Origin: Klebsormidium nitens
Lineage: Eukaryota > Plantae > Klebsormidiophyceae
Length of the DNA: 52,991 bases
Direction of reading: 5' to 3'
Assembly (NCBI GenBank): GCA_000708835.1
Contig: DF237554.1
Span: 1-52,991 of the forward strand
In this document: piece by piece, positions 30,001 through 42,900 of the stretch
Layout: each line of letters starts with the position of its first letter
How positions within the stretch are numbered: position 1 is the first letter of the stretch
Position numbers and translations under genes: made by a program
Notes under the pieces: model-generated
Seen by the model: the letters and a program-made list of their open reading frames with translations, nothing else
Databases searched by the model: none
Told to the model about the DNA's origin: nothing

Positions 30001-32534
30001 GACAATCAAATAGTCCGGTAGATCCACGTGCTCAGAAAGGTACATACCGAATCAGTGTTTCGGCCTGAAAAGTATTGTACCTCCTCCTTGGCGGTCCTAC
30101 GGAGGCAACACTGGAGGCCAAGTAGATTTTGGGTCGACGCGTACCCTATTCACGACCCCGCTCTCTCAATTACAAAGGCTGAAAGACCCGACTAGAACGT
30201 TCACCTGATTGGGTAACGCACTCGAGACGATGTCTATGTCCTTTGGAGTACGGCCCAACAACAAGTCCCGAACCATCCCTCCCGCGAGGTACCCTTCGTG
30301 ACCTGCGCATGATCACGCAACCGCTTAGTTTCCAAGTCGACCAGAACGGTGCGAGCTCGCCCGATTAACCAGCCCCCCTGTTCAGGTAACCCCGTTCTAG
30401 CAGGAAGCTGCATAGTAAGCGGACAGCTTAGTATGTTCAAGCCAGAATCTGCATAGATTTGCAATCAAGCTTCGTCAGAGTCTCCGCATGTCACGCGTAG
30501 AAATATGTTTTTTACAGCTTCTCCCGAACAACCTGCCACTTCAGTGTAGTTTAAATTAGACTTTCTTCGTGCAGCAGCACACTGACTGATTTGCACTAGA
30601 TTTTGGACCAGAACTGGCAGGTTGCTCGGAAAAGCTGCACCGTGAAGGATTTCCAATCCAACTGCCTTCGTTTTTTCGGAACCCTCTGCGAGGGAAGTTT
30701 TTGATCAGTTCTGGAAACCATAGGCCCTGTTCACGGCTCGACGTTTCTGATCAGCTTACACTCCAAGCGGTCAATCTATTATTGAAAGGTATACTTTCGG
30801 GTGCTAACGCGATATGATTGGTCAGCTGCTGCCGGCATGCAAATAAGAATAAAAGCAACCAATGAACTAGGCCAGCTCTCGCAAAGAAGGCCGTGATCGT
30901 ATGCACTAGTACACAACACATCCAAGAAACGTTCAGGCAACTCCGAGCCAGAATGTACACATACAGCTTCTCTCCCAAGAACCACTAGATCGCAAAAACA
31001 CATTTTAGCTTTCTCCCAAAGTCTCCGAAGCACAAACCGCAGAAAAAAACGCCGCAAAAGCGCTGCAAAGCTTCTAAGCAACTCCAAGCCAGAACGTACA
31101 CATTCGGCTTCTCTCCCTAATAACACTAGATCGCGGATTTATCTTACCTTTCTCCCAAAGTCTCCGGAGCACAAACCAGGCCGCCTCCGGAATCTGCTCG
31201 TTTCGCAACCCGTGCTCCTCGGAACCCACAACATACCGCCCCCTATCAGACCGCCCGCTTCCTTCCCCCCCCCTTCGTTTCCCCCCTCGGGGCACCCCCC
31301 TTTCGGACGAACACGCTTCCCCCTTAGCCAAACGCACATTCTCCTCGAACGAATATTTGCCCGCCTCTTGTAAAGGCGGCGGGCCGCCAGGCACATTGGA
31401 CCCCACGTCAGAACTCCGGTTTAGAGACCCGTTAACCCGCTCGTTTAAACCTGGCTCTAACCCCCTATCGGCCGCTGCTTTCAGGCCGCCCCTTCGCTCG
31501 CGCTGAACCCGCATGAGGCGCCGGAAGTAGTCCAACATAGCGCCTTTCGATGTCGCCATATCTGTATTTTCCAATTTGTTGGCACGTTCCTTGGAATTTG
31601 GTAACCGAGCCCCTCGTGCGTACACGGGACCCCCCCCGCCGTCACGCTGGTTAAGGTTAAGTAAACTGGGGTTGTTTTCCAGTGCCTTCTTGTAATGTTC
31701 GATCCACTTCGGGGGGATCTCTGCTTCCGCCACCTGTCGAGCTCCCGAAACCGGAATTGGCCCCTCAGACCCATACGGTCCTCCACCGGTCCACCCTGCG
31801 TGGCCATCATACGCAGTGTCAAAACCCACTCGCTGCGCCATCCCACGATCCCTAGACTCTACCTTCAGCCGCTGCGCTTCTCTGAGCTCTCGCTCTCGTC
31901 GCGGCTCTTGTCGTCTTTCCTTCGCTTCCGCAAACCCAGCATCTGTTGCCGGATTGACAGCTGGCGCGGGTGGCGCCATCGCAGACACGCCCCAGAAGCT
32001 GCTCAGCCAATTTCCCACACCGCTCGTTTCGGACGTACGAAAGAGCCGTGCCTGTCCAAAGGCGTCGGCGTCATGTTGTGCGTATTCACCCCCCAAACTA
32101 ACGGTGGTGCTTCTAGATCTGCCGGAAAGTGGGTTTGTGACTTCTGCGCTCCGATGGAGGGGTGGTGTGAATGGGGGCTGGGTGGAAAAGCCTGAAAGCT
32201 TCATGTGGTGGTGAGAAGAACTACCGGGGGAAAAGAAAGCTGGGTTTCTGAGAGCGCCCGTATCAGCAGCCCTAGTTGGAAGTCCCAGCTCACCCCACTG
32301 TCTCTGCTTTGAGTATTGCATCTGATCCTCAGCTGCGGGTCCCTCTGCTAGATTATGGTGCAGCACATCTGGTGCACTGGATTGTGACCCGCTCAAGCTT
32401 AGAGAGGCAAAAGAAGGCTGGGCGATTGCTTGCAGGATTGGTGGTCCTAGACTCCCGCAGGCCGGGCACTTGTGCAAACCACCATAAGCTATCGCCTGCA
32501 AGCTTGTCAGCTGCCCCAGCATGCGGCGATGCAT
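24057..32534 (-). CDS. Bacterial-type (PcnB-like) poly(A) polymerase / polynucleotide adenylyltransferase family protein, 8 exons, long N-terminal extension
   Basis: Phase-consistent exons 32534-31148, 30302-30205, 29429-29346, 28971-28784, 28210-28092, 27508-27396, 27069-26896, 24902-24057. Class II nucleotidyltransferase motifs: [21 protein letters not shown], the PAP-type signature [92 protein letters not shown]. Confidence 0.9.
24840..26420 (-). repeat. Tandem array of acceptor + exon-8-start copies in poly(A) polymerase intron 7
   Basis: Exon-like cores start at 24902 (real exon), 25094, 25276, 25797, 25951, 26103, 26256 and 26407. Spacing is 151-154 bp or 182-192 bp. Each core encodes a variant of [21 protein letters not shown]. 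Confidence 0.92.
25327..25602. other. Assembly gap (276 N) inside the repeat array
   Basis: Run of N; the two flanks look like the same sequence, with the right flank noisy. Confidence 0.98.
26828..26870. repeat. Degenerate interstitial telomere-like (TTTTAGGG/CCCTAAAA) repeat
   Basis: aaaccctgaaacctaataccttaaaaccctaaaaccctaa. Similar short tracts occur at 28356-28372 (ttagggttttagggtta) and ~11950. Confidence 0.6.
30937..31178 (-). repeat. Tandem duplication of poly(A) polymerase exon-1 end + donor (second copy has a dead donor)
   Basis: 31079-31178 and 30937-31038 align. The real junction is gggagaaag|GTaagat; the copy reads gggagaaagCTaaaat. Confidence 0.85.
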
Positions 32535-33523
32535 TCTACTCTAATGTTCGTCCTCAGTCGCATCGCTCGTCGTTCCCGTCAAACGAGCTTGATCTAGAAG
32601 AGGAAGAAGTATTTCAAAGAGCTTTCGGGGTGCTCAAATGCAGGCTCTGATCTCCCGTGGTCCGCAAGTGGTGGTGTGCGTGTCTGGCAAATGTGGTGGG
32701 GCATCTGGTTGCAGCGCCTCCTCCGCGGCTCATGCACAAAGCCTTTGCTGCATCAGTACATGCGCCCTCTCTTTGTTTTCATGTTGCACACATCTTTCTG
32801 CGCTCGGCTAGCTCAGCTGGCTAAAGTGCAGTTCGATACAACTGCCACGTGCCTTCCACTTGTGGTTGGCCCGAAGGTCCGCGGGTCAAATCCCGTAGTT
32901 TGCAACTTTCTCTGGACGGAGGGGTTGGCTTGCCTCCTTTCGGAATTTTCTGTGGATCTGGCTAAAGGTCCTTCGAGTATGCCTGGCTGCGGAGAAAATC
33001 TTCGCTAGCCGGCGCAGAAAGATAACTCACCACTTGAATAGGGTGTATAAGGCTTTTTACTGCTACATCATACACGACGTGGGGCTTGTGAGTGGAACCG
33101 CGCTGTCAAGGAGCTGGTAACTAGGTTGAAAAGGTTGAATAGGCTCAACCCTTGGTAACGGTGCGACTGGCACTAAATTCTGCTTGGGGCGTTGTGTACC
33201 ATACACAAGTTTGCAAGTTTTGATGGTTCAAGACTTGAACTTTGAAGGGCCTCATTCAACTTCCTCATTGCAGTCATTCTCAATCTTCAGAATCAAAGCA
33301 AGCAAAAGGCTGGACTTGAAGTCGAAGAGAGAAGTGGGCGTGTTTTCAAGGTGAAAGCGCCAGCATTGAAGAGAGGGAACTGCGAAGCCGCATGGCGGCG
33401 GGATTACACCTCTGACGTAGGTCGAAGGAGGCTTGACACTCTTCCTTTTCAATCAGAACTGCGGAGGGGGTGGTCAAAATTCTGTTCAGATAGCTTCCAC
33501 ATTTATCGAATTTTTGGAGCACA

Positions 33524-36500
33524 ATGAGCGGGGCTCATCGCTTACTGTCCCGCTCCGCAGGCCCCGTTGCTTGGGGGCGTTTTGGTAATGGTCGCCCACA
33601 AAGTTTTCCCAACAATAGTTCGTTCAGCCTTCGAGCACCCCCCTCGTTGGCAGCTGTGCGCAGGCAAACCCCTCGTGCATGGTCAAGTTCCAGAAATTTC
33701 TTCCGGTCACGAAGTTCGAAACCAAGTAGTGTGCTTCCTGGGCTGGCAATTGGCGTGTCAGCTGCTTATGGCGGATCTGGAGCATCAACTCCCACCACTG
33801 CGCATCGAGACAGCATCGCCCCCTCTGCGAACCCTGACAGCTTTCGCGCTGATGCCGACCCGATAGTGTTCTCTTCACACAATTGCGCACCGGTCGAGCC
33901 CATTCTGTCAGAAACAGGGCCTCTTGGGGCACTCGAAGACTGGCTGGCTGCAATGCTGCAAAGGGCGGGCCCTGTTCTGGCGGCCGTCTGCTTGGCCGTC
34001 GTGTGGGCGCTAGCAAAGCCGGCCCCTGCATCTGCGAGAAGTCAGCTGGCAAGGCCTCTCGCAGTCAGCTCCAGTCAGCGATCTATCGGTGGTGTCAATC
34101 AGGAGCAAGGCGCACTGGGTGGCGCCACTTCACATCGAAATCAGGGTCCTCGCAGTGCAGCAGCTAGCTCGGGGTATGTCAGCAAAGCATCGAATCTGGA
34201 GTCCAATAATCTCAGCCAATCTGCAAGCATCCCCCAAAAGCTTGCTTCACTCAGCGCAGCTGCGCCCCCCAACAGCCCCCCCTCAGACGTTCCCCCTTCC
34301 AGACAAGATCGATCCCGCTTCACAAACGAGGTTGGAGATAGTCAGCCAAGCACGTCAGGCGCCCATGAACCCTCCCTTCCCCACTCTTTTCACGCCGCGC
34401 CAAGTTTCCGCCGCACAAACCCGAACCCGCTGGAGAACTTCCTGCGCAACACCGGGCCTCCAGGGGGTGCGAGTAGCTCCAATCCGTTGGGGGGGGGTAG
34501 CGGCCCAGCCAAACCAGGGGGGGGGACGGNNNNNNNNNNNNNNNNNNNNNNNNNNNNNNNNNNNNNNNNNNNNNNNNNNNNNNNNNNNNNNNNNNNNNNN
34601 NNNNNNNNNNNNNNNNNNNNNNNNNNNNNNNNNNNNNNNNNNNNNNNNNNNNNNNNNNNNNNNNNNNNNNNNNNNNNNNNNNNNNNNNNNNNNNNNNNNN
34701 NNNNNNNNNNNNNNNNNNNNNNNNNNNNNNNNNNNNNNNNNNNNNNNNNNNNNNNNNNNNNNNNNNNNNNNNNNNNNNNNNNNNNNNNNNNNNNNNNNNN
34801 NNNNNNNNNNNNNNNNNNNNNNNNNNNNNNNNNNNNNNNNNNNNNNNNNNNNNNNNNNNNNNNNNNNNNNNNNNNNNNNNNNNNNNNNNNNNNNNNNNNN
34901 NNNNNNNNNNNNNNNNNNNNNNNNNNNNNNNNNNNNNNNNNNNNNNNNNNNNNNNNNNNNNNNNNNNNNNNNNNNNNNNNNNNNNNNNNNNNNNNNNNNN
35001 NNNNNNNNNNNNNNNNNNNNNNNNNNNNNNNNNNNNNNNNNNNNNNNNNNNNNNNNNNNNNNNNNNNNNNNNNNNNNNNNNNNNNNNNNNNNNNNNAGGG
35101 GGGGGAGACGGAGCTAATGATAAAAAGCCGAAGGGAGTGCAAGCGAGGGAGCGGCTCGATGTGTACTATCTTCCGGAGCAGATTCCAAGACCAGTGACGG
35201 GGGACTGGGTGTCAGACCAAGGGGATTTTTTGACCCCCGATTGGGTGACACCTCGGATCAACCAGATCGTGACGGGCCTGAAGAAAGATACAGGGACGGA
35301 GATCGTGGTGGTGGCAATAAATGGACTCGGGAAGCACGCAGGTGAGAATGTTTTGCATTGGGGGGGTGGATTTCTGGGTTTGTTGGCCCCCGGTGAAATG
35401 TTTTTCTGCGCAAAAAGGTTCCGACACTTTGGTGCCCCTTTAAAGAATTTTCCAAGACCAAGTTCTGCGTGTCGGTATGCTTGAAGCTGCGGGGGGATGG
35501 ACGCCTTCCATCAGCGCCTTCTCTTCGGCGCACAAAGCCCTTGAGACATAGCGTTAGTTTCGTACCTTTTCATCCATCGAGCTTCAAGTTGCTGTCAGGC
35601 ACTCGTGTTCGACTACTCTCTCTGATGCAAGGGTGGCAAATTTTACGCACGCAAAAGCACTTCCCTTTTGAAGTTTGAGCTTTCTGCTCAACGTGCTTCT
35701 CAGTGCATTTACCTAGCTTGAAGAGTCGACTTTATTTGTGGCTGACAGGTCTTTGTAGGTAAAGTGATGCCCTACCTCTGATAGATTCAGCAGAAGCAAG
35801 AGTACCAATGAAAGGAGAGGCCTTAAGTCGAGCCGTTCTTTTTTGTTTCTAGCTCGCCGTTCCTCAACTCTTTGTTCGGCCTTCGTCCCTTCACGGACTT
35901 GTCTTTACTTGTTTCACACTAACCCTCTTCAAAACTTTTGCGCTGGTACGAAACCCGTTTTCTTACTGCTGCCTGTAAACAGTCCCCGACCTTTGTACTC
36001 TGTTAAGGCGCCTAACCATGCCAGCTTGGCTGGAGTTCCCCTGAGGCTGGTGTCTGTCATAGCCCTTTCTACCCTCTCACGTCCAGCGCACTTCTCTTGT
36101 TACTGTCCTCAGGGTCTGGCAATATAGGGCAATGCTGGATTTTCACTCGGCCTTGCCACTTGTTCTTGATCATCAATGAAACAGACAATCAATTTAATGG
36201 GAAGTCATTCTCGAGGTTGATCTTGCGCTCAATACGTGTTGCGTTCTCGGAGCGGAGACAGGGTAAGTCACGAGGAGAATACCAAGCCTCTTTTAAGTTC
36301 CGATGTTGGTCCTGTTCTCCTTCTGATTTCGTCTGGGAGCAAAGTCAGGCGCTTTGACACTCGAAGATGGTACGGTCACATTTTTTGGGCTTTCGTAAGC
36401 CCTCGGCAATCCACAGGTTTGAGAACCAACCTCTACTCCGTTCGAGCCTCCCCCAACCAGAAGCAGGAGGTTTCACCTTAACTTCTAAACGCTTCAGTCA

Positions 36501-37865
36501 CTTTTGTCACACTCTGATTACCGCCAGGCGTTCCCAAAACGGTCGTGATGCAGCTGTGTCATCAGTAAGCTTTACTCGAATCTTGTAACGTTCCAAGTTT
36601 GTCATTCGTTTCAACGCACCCTCGAACCCTCTTCAGGCGTTTCCAAGATGATCGCGACGGAACTGTGTCAGCAGTGATCTCTACTCGAACCGTTAAAAGT
36701 TCCAAATCATCAGTCGTTTCAACCCGCTATCTCATTCCCTCTAGGCATTCCGGATATGGTCGCGACGGAGGTGCGCCAGCAGTGGTCTTTATGCGAACCA
36801 TTAGACGTTCCAAACTCTCCACTCGCGTTAAGCCACTTTCTGATTCTCTCTAGGCATTCCCGACATGGTCGCAACGGAGCTGTGCCAGCAGTGGCAAATC
36901 GGCGGCCCCCGAGAAGACGGCCTCCTTTTCCTTTATGTTAACCAGGGGGGGTCCAGTTGGGAGCGAACGGAGGGGGGGGGATCGAAATGGACGTGCCGTA
37001 TAAGCGCCAGCTGGCAGTCAAAGTCCTCCCGGGGTTAGAAAAGAAGCTGAACAAGTGGGGGGACAAAAAGTCGAACGAGAGCGCGCGCGAGGCGGTGGAA
37101 GAACTGCGGGAGTCGGTGATGGCAAAAATGGCAGGCGGAAATTGCACGGTCGGGGAGGTTATCTTGGAGGGCGTCGCGAGCGTCGCGGAAAAGGTCTGGG
37201 TCGGCGAGGGGAAAACGATCCCGCCGAACATGCGGAGGGACCCCGCGACAATCGCGGCGCGGACCAACATCGAGTGGGTTACGGTCGCGCTAACCGTGTT
37301 TCTCGTGTGGTCGTGGGCCGACAAGAGCAGCCGGTTAAGCGGGTGGTTTAAGGAGGTTAGCGCGTGGTCAAGCGGGGCGTTCGACCGGGGGACGAAACGG
37401 CCCGGCCCGGCGTGCAGCGCTTGCGGGCATTACACGGTTTTGCGCGGGTTAGCGACTCCGGATGAGTTGAAAGACGAGGGGGTGAAAAAGGAAACCGAGC
37501 TCGGTTCCATGGGTTACTACGCGTACGTGTGCGAGAATCTCGACTGCACGGGGGATAACGAGGCACGGACGAATCTCGTCGGGTGGCCCGTGCCGTTCCG
37601 CGCGAAGCGGTGTCCCGGGTGCGGTTACCGCACGGTTAGGCAAACCACGGAGCCCCTGCGGGGAAAGGGGTTACTGAGCGACGGGGTGGTTAAGCGGGTG
37701 GTGGAGTGCCAACACTGCGGGGTTAAGGGCGAGCGGGTTATGCGGAACCCGAGTCTCGTACGTGGTTTGCGGTTCTGGGAGAAGCAGATGATAGACGTGA
37801 CGGAGGATGGACGGCCGAAGATCGCCGAGGGCAACGGGGCGAGCGGTCAATTGGCCGAATCATAG
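33524..37865 (+). CDS. TPM (TLP18.3/Psb32/MOLO-1)-domain membrane protein with bipartite plastid/thylakoid-like leader and C-terminal Cys-pair (zinc-ribbon-like) region
   Basis: Exon 33524-35341 spans the gap: Ser/Arg-rich leader, hydrophobic VLAAVCLAVVWALAKPAPASA, then WVSDQGDFLTPDWVTPRINQIVTGLKKDTGTEIVVVAINGL. Exon 36854-37865: ATELCQQWQIGGPREDGLLFLYVN, TM helix VTVALTVFLVWSW, then CSAC, CENLDC, CPGC and CQHC. One extra G is needed in the G runs at 36945-36980 to keep frame. Confidence 0.72.
34530..35096. other. Assembly gap (567 N) within TPM-gene exon 1
   Basis: Run of N flanked by G homopolymers. Confidence 0.98.
36470..36895 (+). repeat. Four ~109-bp tandem copies of acceptor + exon start in the TPM-gene intron
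   Basis: AG|gc acceptors at 36527, 36636, 36744 and 36853 (periods 109, 108, 109). Peptides: GVPKTVVMQLCHQ*, GVSKMIATELCQQ*, GIPDMVATEVRQQW, GIPDMVATELCQQW (real exon). Confidence 0.9.
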
Positions 37866-39907
37866 CAGCTCTTGATAGCATCTGGAACGAAACCGGAATG
37901 AAGGCACCGCTGGAAAGTTTCGGCGAAAAATACCGGTAACTCAGGGACCGTTAATTGACTTTTAAACGGTCTCTTTGAGGTATTACTCACTGGGCTGAAT
38001 GATCGATCTCTGCACTGTCGTTCGTTCCAAGTGCACGCACACTGATTCGGACGTTCGCAGAACCTTTTGCATCTGGATGCAACTACGGTTGTCCACGTGG
38101 GTCCAAATGAACGAGGCAATTACATCAGACCAGCGGTTATGAACGCGCCAAGGTTGAAACAATTGATCATCCACTGAAAAATTCCGCAAGTACGCTGCTG
38201 CATGACAGTCGACAAAGCCGCAGGCTTTTCAATGCGTCCATTCTAGCCGAGTCTAGTTGAGCATTGGGTGAGGCTAACGGCTAAGTATTTGCCACAGGCG
38301 CGTTCTTCGACCAACTTCGACGTTTTTCGACCTAGCTCGTCGATACGTAATGTCGTCCTTGCATGTGGGATCGCCGCGCGCAATCAGACATGTTGGGCCC
38401 CATACACATGATTCCACCAACTTTCAATCATAAGTCTACGCGTTCGGGCTACGTACTATAATGTGCAAAGCTACTAGACCACCTAGCTGCCAGGCAAACA
38501 ACCCTTAATTGAAGGCATCTTGTTCTGCTAGGGCCGGTGCATGCACAATAATCAACACAAGTCCGATCTGGCGCATGTGCCGGCGGCAGCTTGGAACGGA
38601 CTGCATGTCTGATTGGATTGGCCGGTATCATAGTATGGGCCCCCTGGACGGTATGTGGGCCAAATTATTGAATCCATGAGGCACTGCATATACTTGAATC
38701 TCGTTTCGAACAACCTTGGCCGTGCAGCCCAGCCCATGGTTGCAGCAGACCGATCGGCCGGCGCGGCGCAGATGGTTTGTCGACCATCATATGCGGCACT
38801 GACGGTGATTCGTTGCATACTGTATACATGATTAGGTATATGCCAGCTAACATGTACATGCCATGCTGTTACTAGGATCATGGTGGTCGGTACAAAGCCT
38901 GATTGAAAAGTAGAACCAGTGATGCAGTGCATCTTATGTATGCGGCACAACCATCACGTTGATCATATTAGTATAGCGCTGGAAACAACGTATATGTCCT
39001 AGGCTGCACGTTCCATATTATGGTTGATTGCAAACCATGTTGAAATTGGCCAAGCTGAGCCAACCATATTTTGTGACCATCAACTTGTCACCCTTGACTG
39101 CACTCAATAACTTCACGCCTCCGGCATGCCGCCAGGTTCAAACCAAGAAACATAACTCGCCGTATGTCTGCAAACTCGAAGCATCACGATTCGGATTTAT
39201 TGCGTGCCGCTTCGGAAGGAACTAAGCGCTATTAGGTTTTTGGGCAAAAATGGATTTATGTTACACCTGAGCTAGATTTTAAAACCTCGACACGGACAGG
39301 CTGCCTAGTAAGCCAGTACTTTCGTACCCTCTACGTATACCGCTCCAGCCGGATTCCAGCGGTTGGATTGCCGAGTCGATACACTGACTTTGTAGCAGAG
39401 CCAATAAATGGTACCTAAGCTCCTAGACTTTCGTTTACCTGCACAAATGTCAAGGGAGAAAGGGTTGAGACGAATGAACCGGGTTACAAAAAAGAACATC
39501 ACACTGAACGTTGACTCTGTGACACCTCAAAAACACTCTGAAAACAAAGCTTCCAACCCTAAAAGGCCACATGGCCACAGAAAAACGTGCGCGGCAAAAA
39601 GTCGGTCTCGACAGGATATCACTCACATTAACCCACCTCCTCACTCAAGAAACAGGACACTCCTCGAGATTCCGGCGGATCAGATTGGCGGATACCAGCA
39701 GCTGCAACAGCAGGATTGATATATGGATCTTTCGAATCTTAAGAGTCATTTCGCAATACTCTTTTGGCGCCTCACCTCATAAGGGGCCCACTCGCTTGCG
39801 ATCAGCGCACGTGACACCACTCCACACTATACAAGTCTAACACAGCAACGCGCGCCGGAACCGACGGACTCCCCCTATTCACACCACTACCTAGGTCTTC
39901 GAGATTC

Positions 39908-42900
39908 TCAAGCCCCCCCCTCCACGACCGCTTGATCCCTACCCCCCAGAGCGCAGATTGACGACACCCCCGACTTTCCCGTCTCCGAACTTCTCGCCAG
40001 CTTCGGGCTCCCCTGAACGTCGCCCTCGCCCCCGCTTTTGTGCTTCTGGCCCTTTCCTCCCCCTTCGAAGCCCGGTAAAAGACCCCCCCGTTGCAAAGTC
40101 TCCGATCCCAAGTTCGTGCTTGCTCCGCTACTGCTCATAGTCCCCGGCTTGACCACCTCTTTTGGTTTTGGCACGCCGAACCTGCCCCCGGGGGGGGCTT
40201 TCCCCCCGTTCGGAAACCCCCCCAAGACGACCGGATTAGTGTGCACTCTCCTCGCTAGCGGGTTTGCGTGCATCGCACCCCCCCCAAGGCTCTTTCCGGC
40301 GGCTTCCTTCAGCTTTACGCCCGCTCTCCCCCGCTTATACCGCGGTGCAAATCCCGAGTTAGAATTCGTCTGGAGGGAGTTACTGGGGCCCGTACTCGGT
40401 CTGGGGGGTAACGCCAACTGAGCGTTCGAGACCATCTGCGACCCTCCCTGTCCAGTGTCGTGCCAGTACCAGTCTTGCGGGGGGAGGGGGCTCATCATGG
40501 GCAAATTCATCCCCCCCAGAGCGGGCACCATCATCGGCTGCCCGCCCGGGGGGGGCATCTGCTGCATGGGCGCCCCGTTGCCGTACCCCCCCGAAAAGCT
40601 CTGCGGCGGCCCCCACTGCTGCGGGGGGGGAGGGAGCTCTTCCGGCTTCGGAGCAAGCTGCTTGTGGTAGAGAAGGTTCGCAACCGCTCGATCGATCATT
40701 TGCGTTACTTTCTCCTTCTCGCCGCCGTTCCCCCCCGGAGTGTTGGATCCGGAGTGAGTGGTGTCGGCAGTGCTCCCGCTCGCGGATGCGGCTGCTGACG
40801 TCACTGCGCGCTGACTGGCGGAGTCGGCGAGGCGGAAGAGCGAGTCGCGCAGGGTCAGCCGCATGCCGACGTCCAACTGCGGGGGGGGAAACGAGCGAGC
40901 CACAGGGTTAGAACCACGTCGAAAGGCTTTGCAAGACCTCCACAAAACTCTCTGCAAATTGAGGTGCTGAAAGGCCATGGCGCAAAAAGAGGGTAAAGAA
41001 CGTCCTGATCACGAGCAATTTGTTCCACGATTCGATGTTGATGATGTGTTCAAAACTTGAGCCATCGCTGAACACTTTAGTCGGCCTCCGGGACACCAAA
41101 CCGACAAAAATGAGGTTCACAACAGCGCTCCTTGCATTGGTCCAAACGTACTTCCATCTCGCTCGACGACGACAAAATGCAACCGGGAAACCAAGCCATT
41201 AACTCACTGAAAGCAGCTGATTGCAAATTTTTGAAACGTTTAAATTTAAGCGCAAACAGGCGAGATAGCGTCGTTTTTACAGAGCTGCAATAAAACCATA
41301 ATGTCCTTTCAACTCACCGTTCGCATCGCCCCTTCGAGCTCCCGAAACACGTTCGCCTCCGCCGAGTCGTCGTCCGCCGGGACTTGCAGCCCGGGGTCCA
41401 CGCCCACCATCGCATTGCCCCCCCATGCCATCTGCCCCGTTCCGGGGGGTGACAAATACGTGCCCTGGGCACCCCCCATTTGCTGAGGCGGGTAGTACAT
41501 CGACGGCCGGAACGCCGGTGGACCCGGGGGGAGCCCGGGCTGCTGCTGCAGACGGGCGTTTTGACCGTACTGGGGGGGAGGAAATCCCCCTTGGCTCGGC
41601 CCCCCCATTGGGGGGGTGGGTATCAAGCCCTGCACTGGGGAGGCCGTCACCCCCCCAGGGGGTGGCCGAAACATTTGGGGCTCGGAGGGGAGTACGATGG
41701 GGGGCGGCCGCAGGGGCATTGCTGGAGGGGGGGTCGGATTTAGGGGCGGCGAGTGGTGGAGCGCCCCCCCTGGAAGAGTTACTGGGGACGGGGGTGGCGG
41801 CGCATGGAAGCTGGTTTGTTGGGACGGGGAGAAAGAGCCTTTGCTCGAGAGGTTGGAGAAGGACGGGGACTTCGGGACGCGCTTGCCGTTCTGCTCGAGC
41901 CGCCGCGCAACCGCCTGCCGCCGCGCGCGCTTGATCTGTTTCGAGGAGGGAGAGAAATGGTGTGAGGACTTGGGCATGAAGAGACCTTTCATGCAAAGAA
42001 CCTCTTGATTTTGGAATTTTGCAGTAGGTGGACAGCCCTTGCAAACTTCGAAGGAAGCAAAGAAGCAAACAAGCAATTTCGTAGCCAGGAAAACGGACGT
42101 GACATTGTCAACCAACCAGGCGTCGACACTTTTCGACCATTCCAACAGTCTAGATGCACTTTTCAATCCGAAATCATATCGAACTTCAACTGAACCAACA
42201 AAAGGTGGAGTTGACCTGCCAAGAGCTCTTACTTCTGCTTCTTGAGTATCTTCGATCAAACTCTTGAGTCGTTTGAAGTGCAACCAATCTGGTTCTCATA
42301 TTCTGCTGACTTTCTGGTTCAAACTCGCCCAAAACAAGTTTCCAGAATCTCGAGATATCAAGGTGCTCTGACAATGACAATCAAAAGAATGATAAACAAC
42401 AAACAGACTCACCGACGCATCATCCTGGCCCACCGCTGGGTCGTCGCTTCCGCTCGTGCTCGGCACGCTCATCGGCAACTCAAGCACCGCAGGATCAGGG
42501 TACGGGCGAGGCTCCGCAGCCGACAGCTCCAGCGAAAGTTTTTCGAGGTCCTCCTTGCTAGCTTCGGGAATCAGAGGCACAGGGGAGGTCCCGACCATTG
42601 GGCCCAGTGCTTGTTGCTGCTGCTGCTGCTTTTGTACCTGCAGAGAGAAGGGGGGACGGATATGTAAGAAAGTTCGAGGAGGATGTAAGAGAATCTCAAG
42701 CTCGTGGGAGGGAATGGGATGAGTGGTTTTGGCGACCGCACAAGTTGGAGGCTTGTTGAGGGGATGTTAGAAGGGGTTACAGAGGTTGTGGCCTAGCGCC
42801 TGCTGCTGCTTTATGTCCTGTACAGTTGAGGGCCCCTGATATATGACAAGTTTTGAGACTAACTATAAAGATACAAATGGATTTCAGATCTTGGGAAGGG

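Noticed and set aside
38000-39850. Short ORFs (e.g. 38552-38950) and CATG/TATA-rich sequence between the TPM and LNK genes
   Set aside because: No domain similarity or element boundaries recognised; convergent 3' intergenic region.
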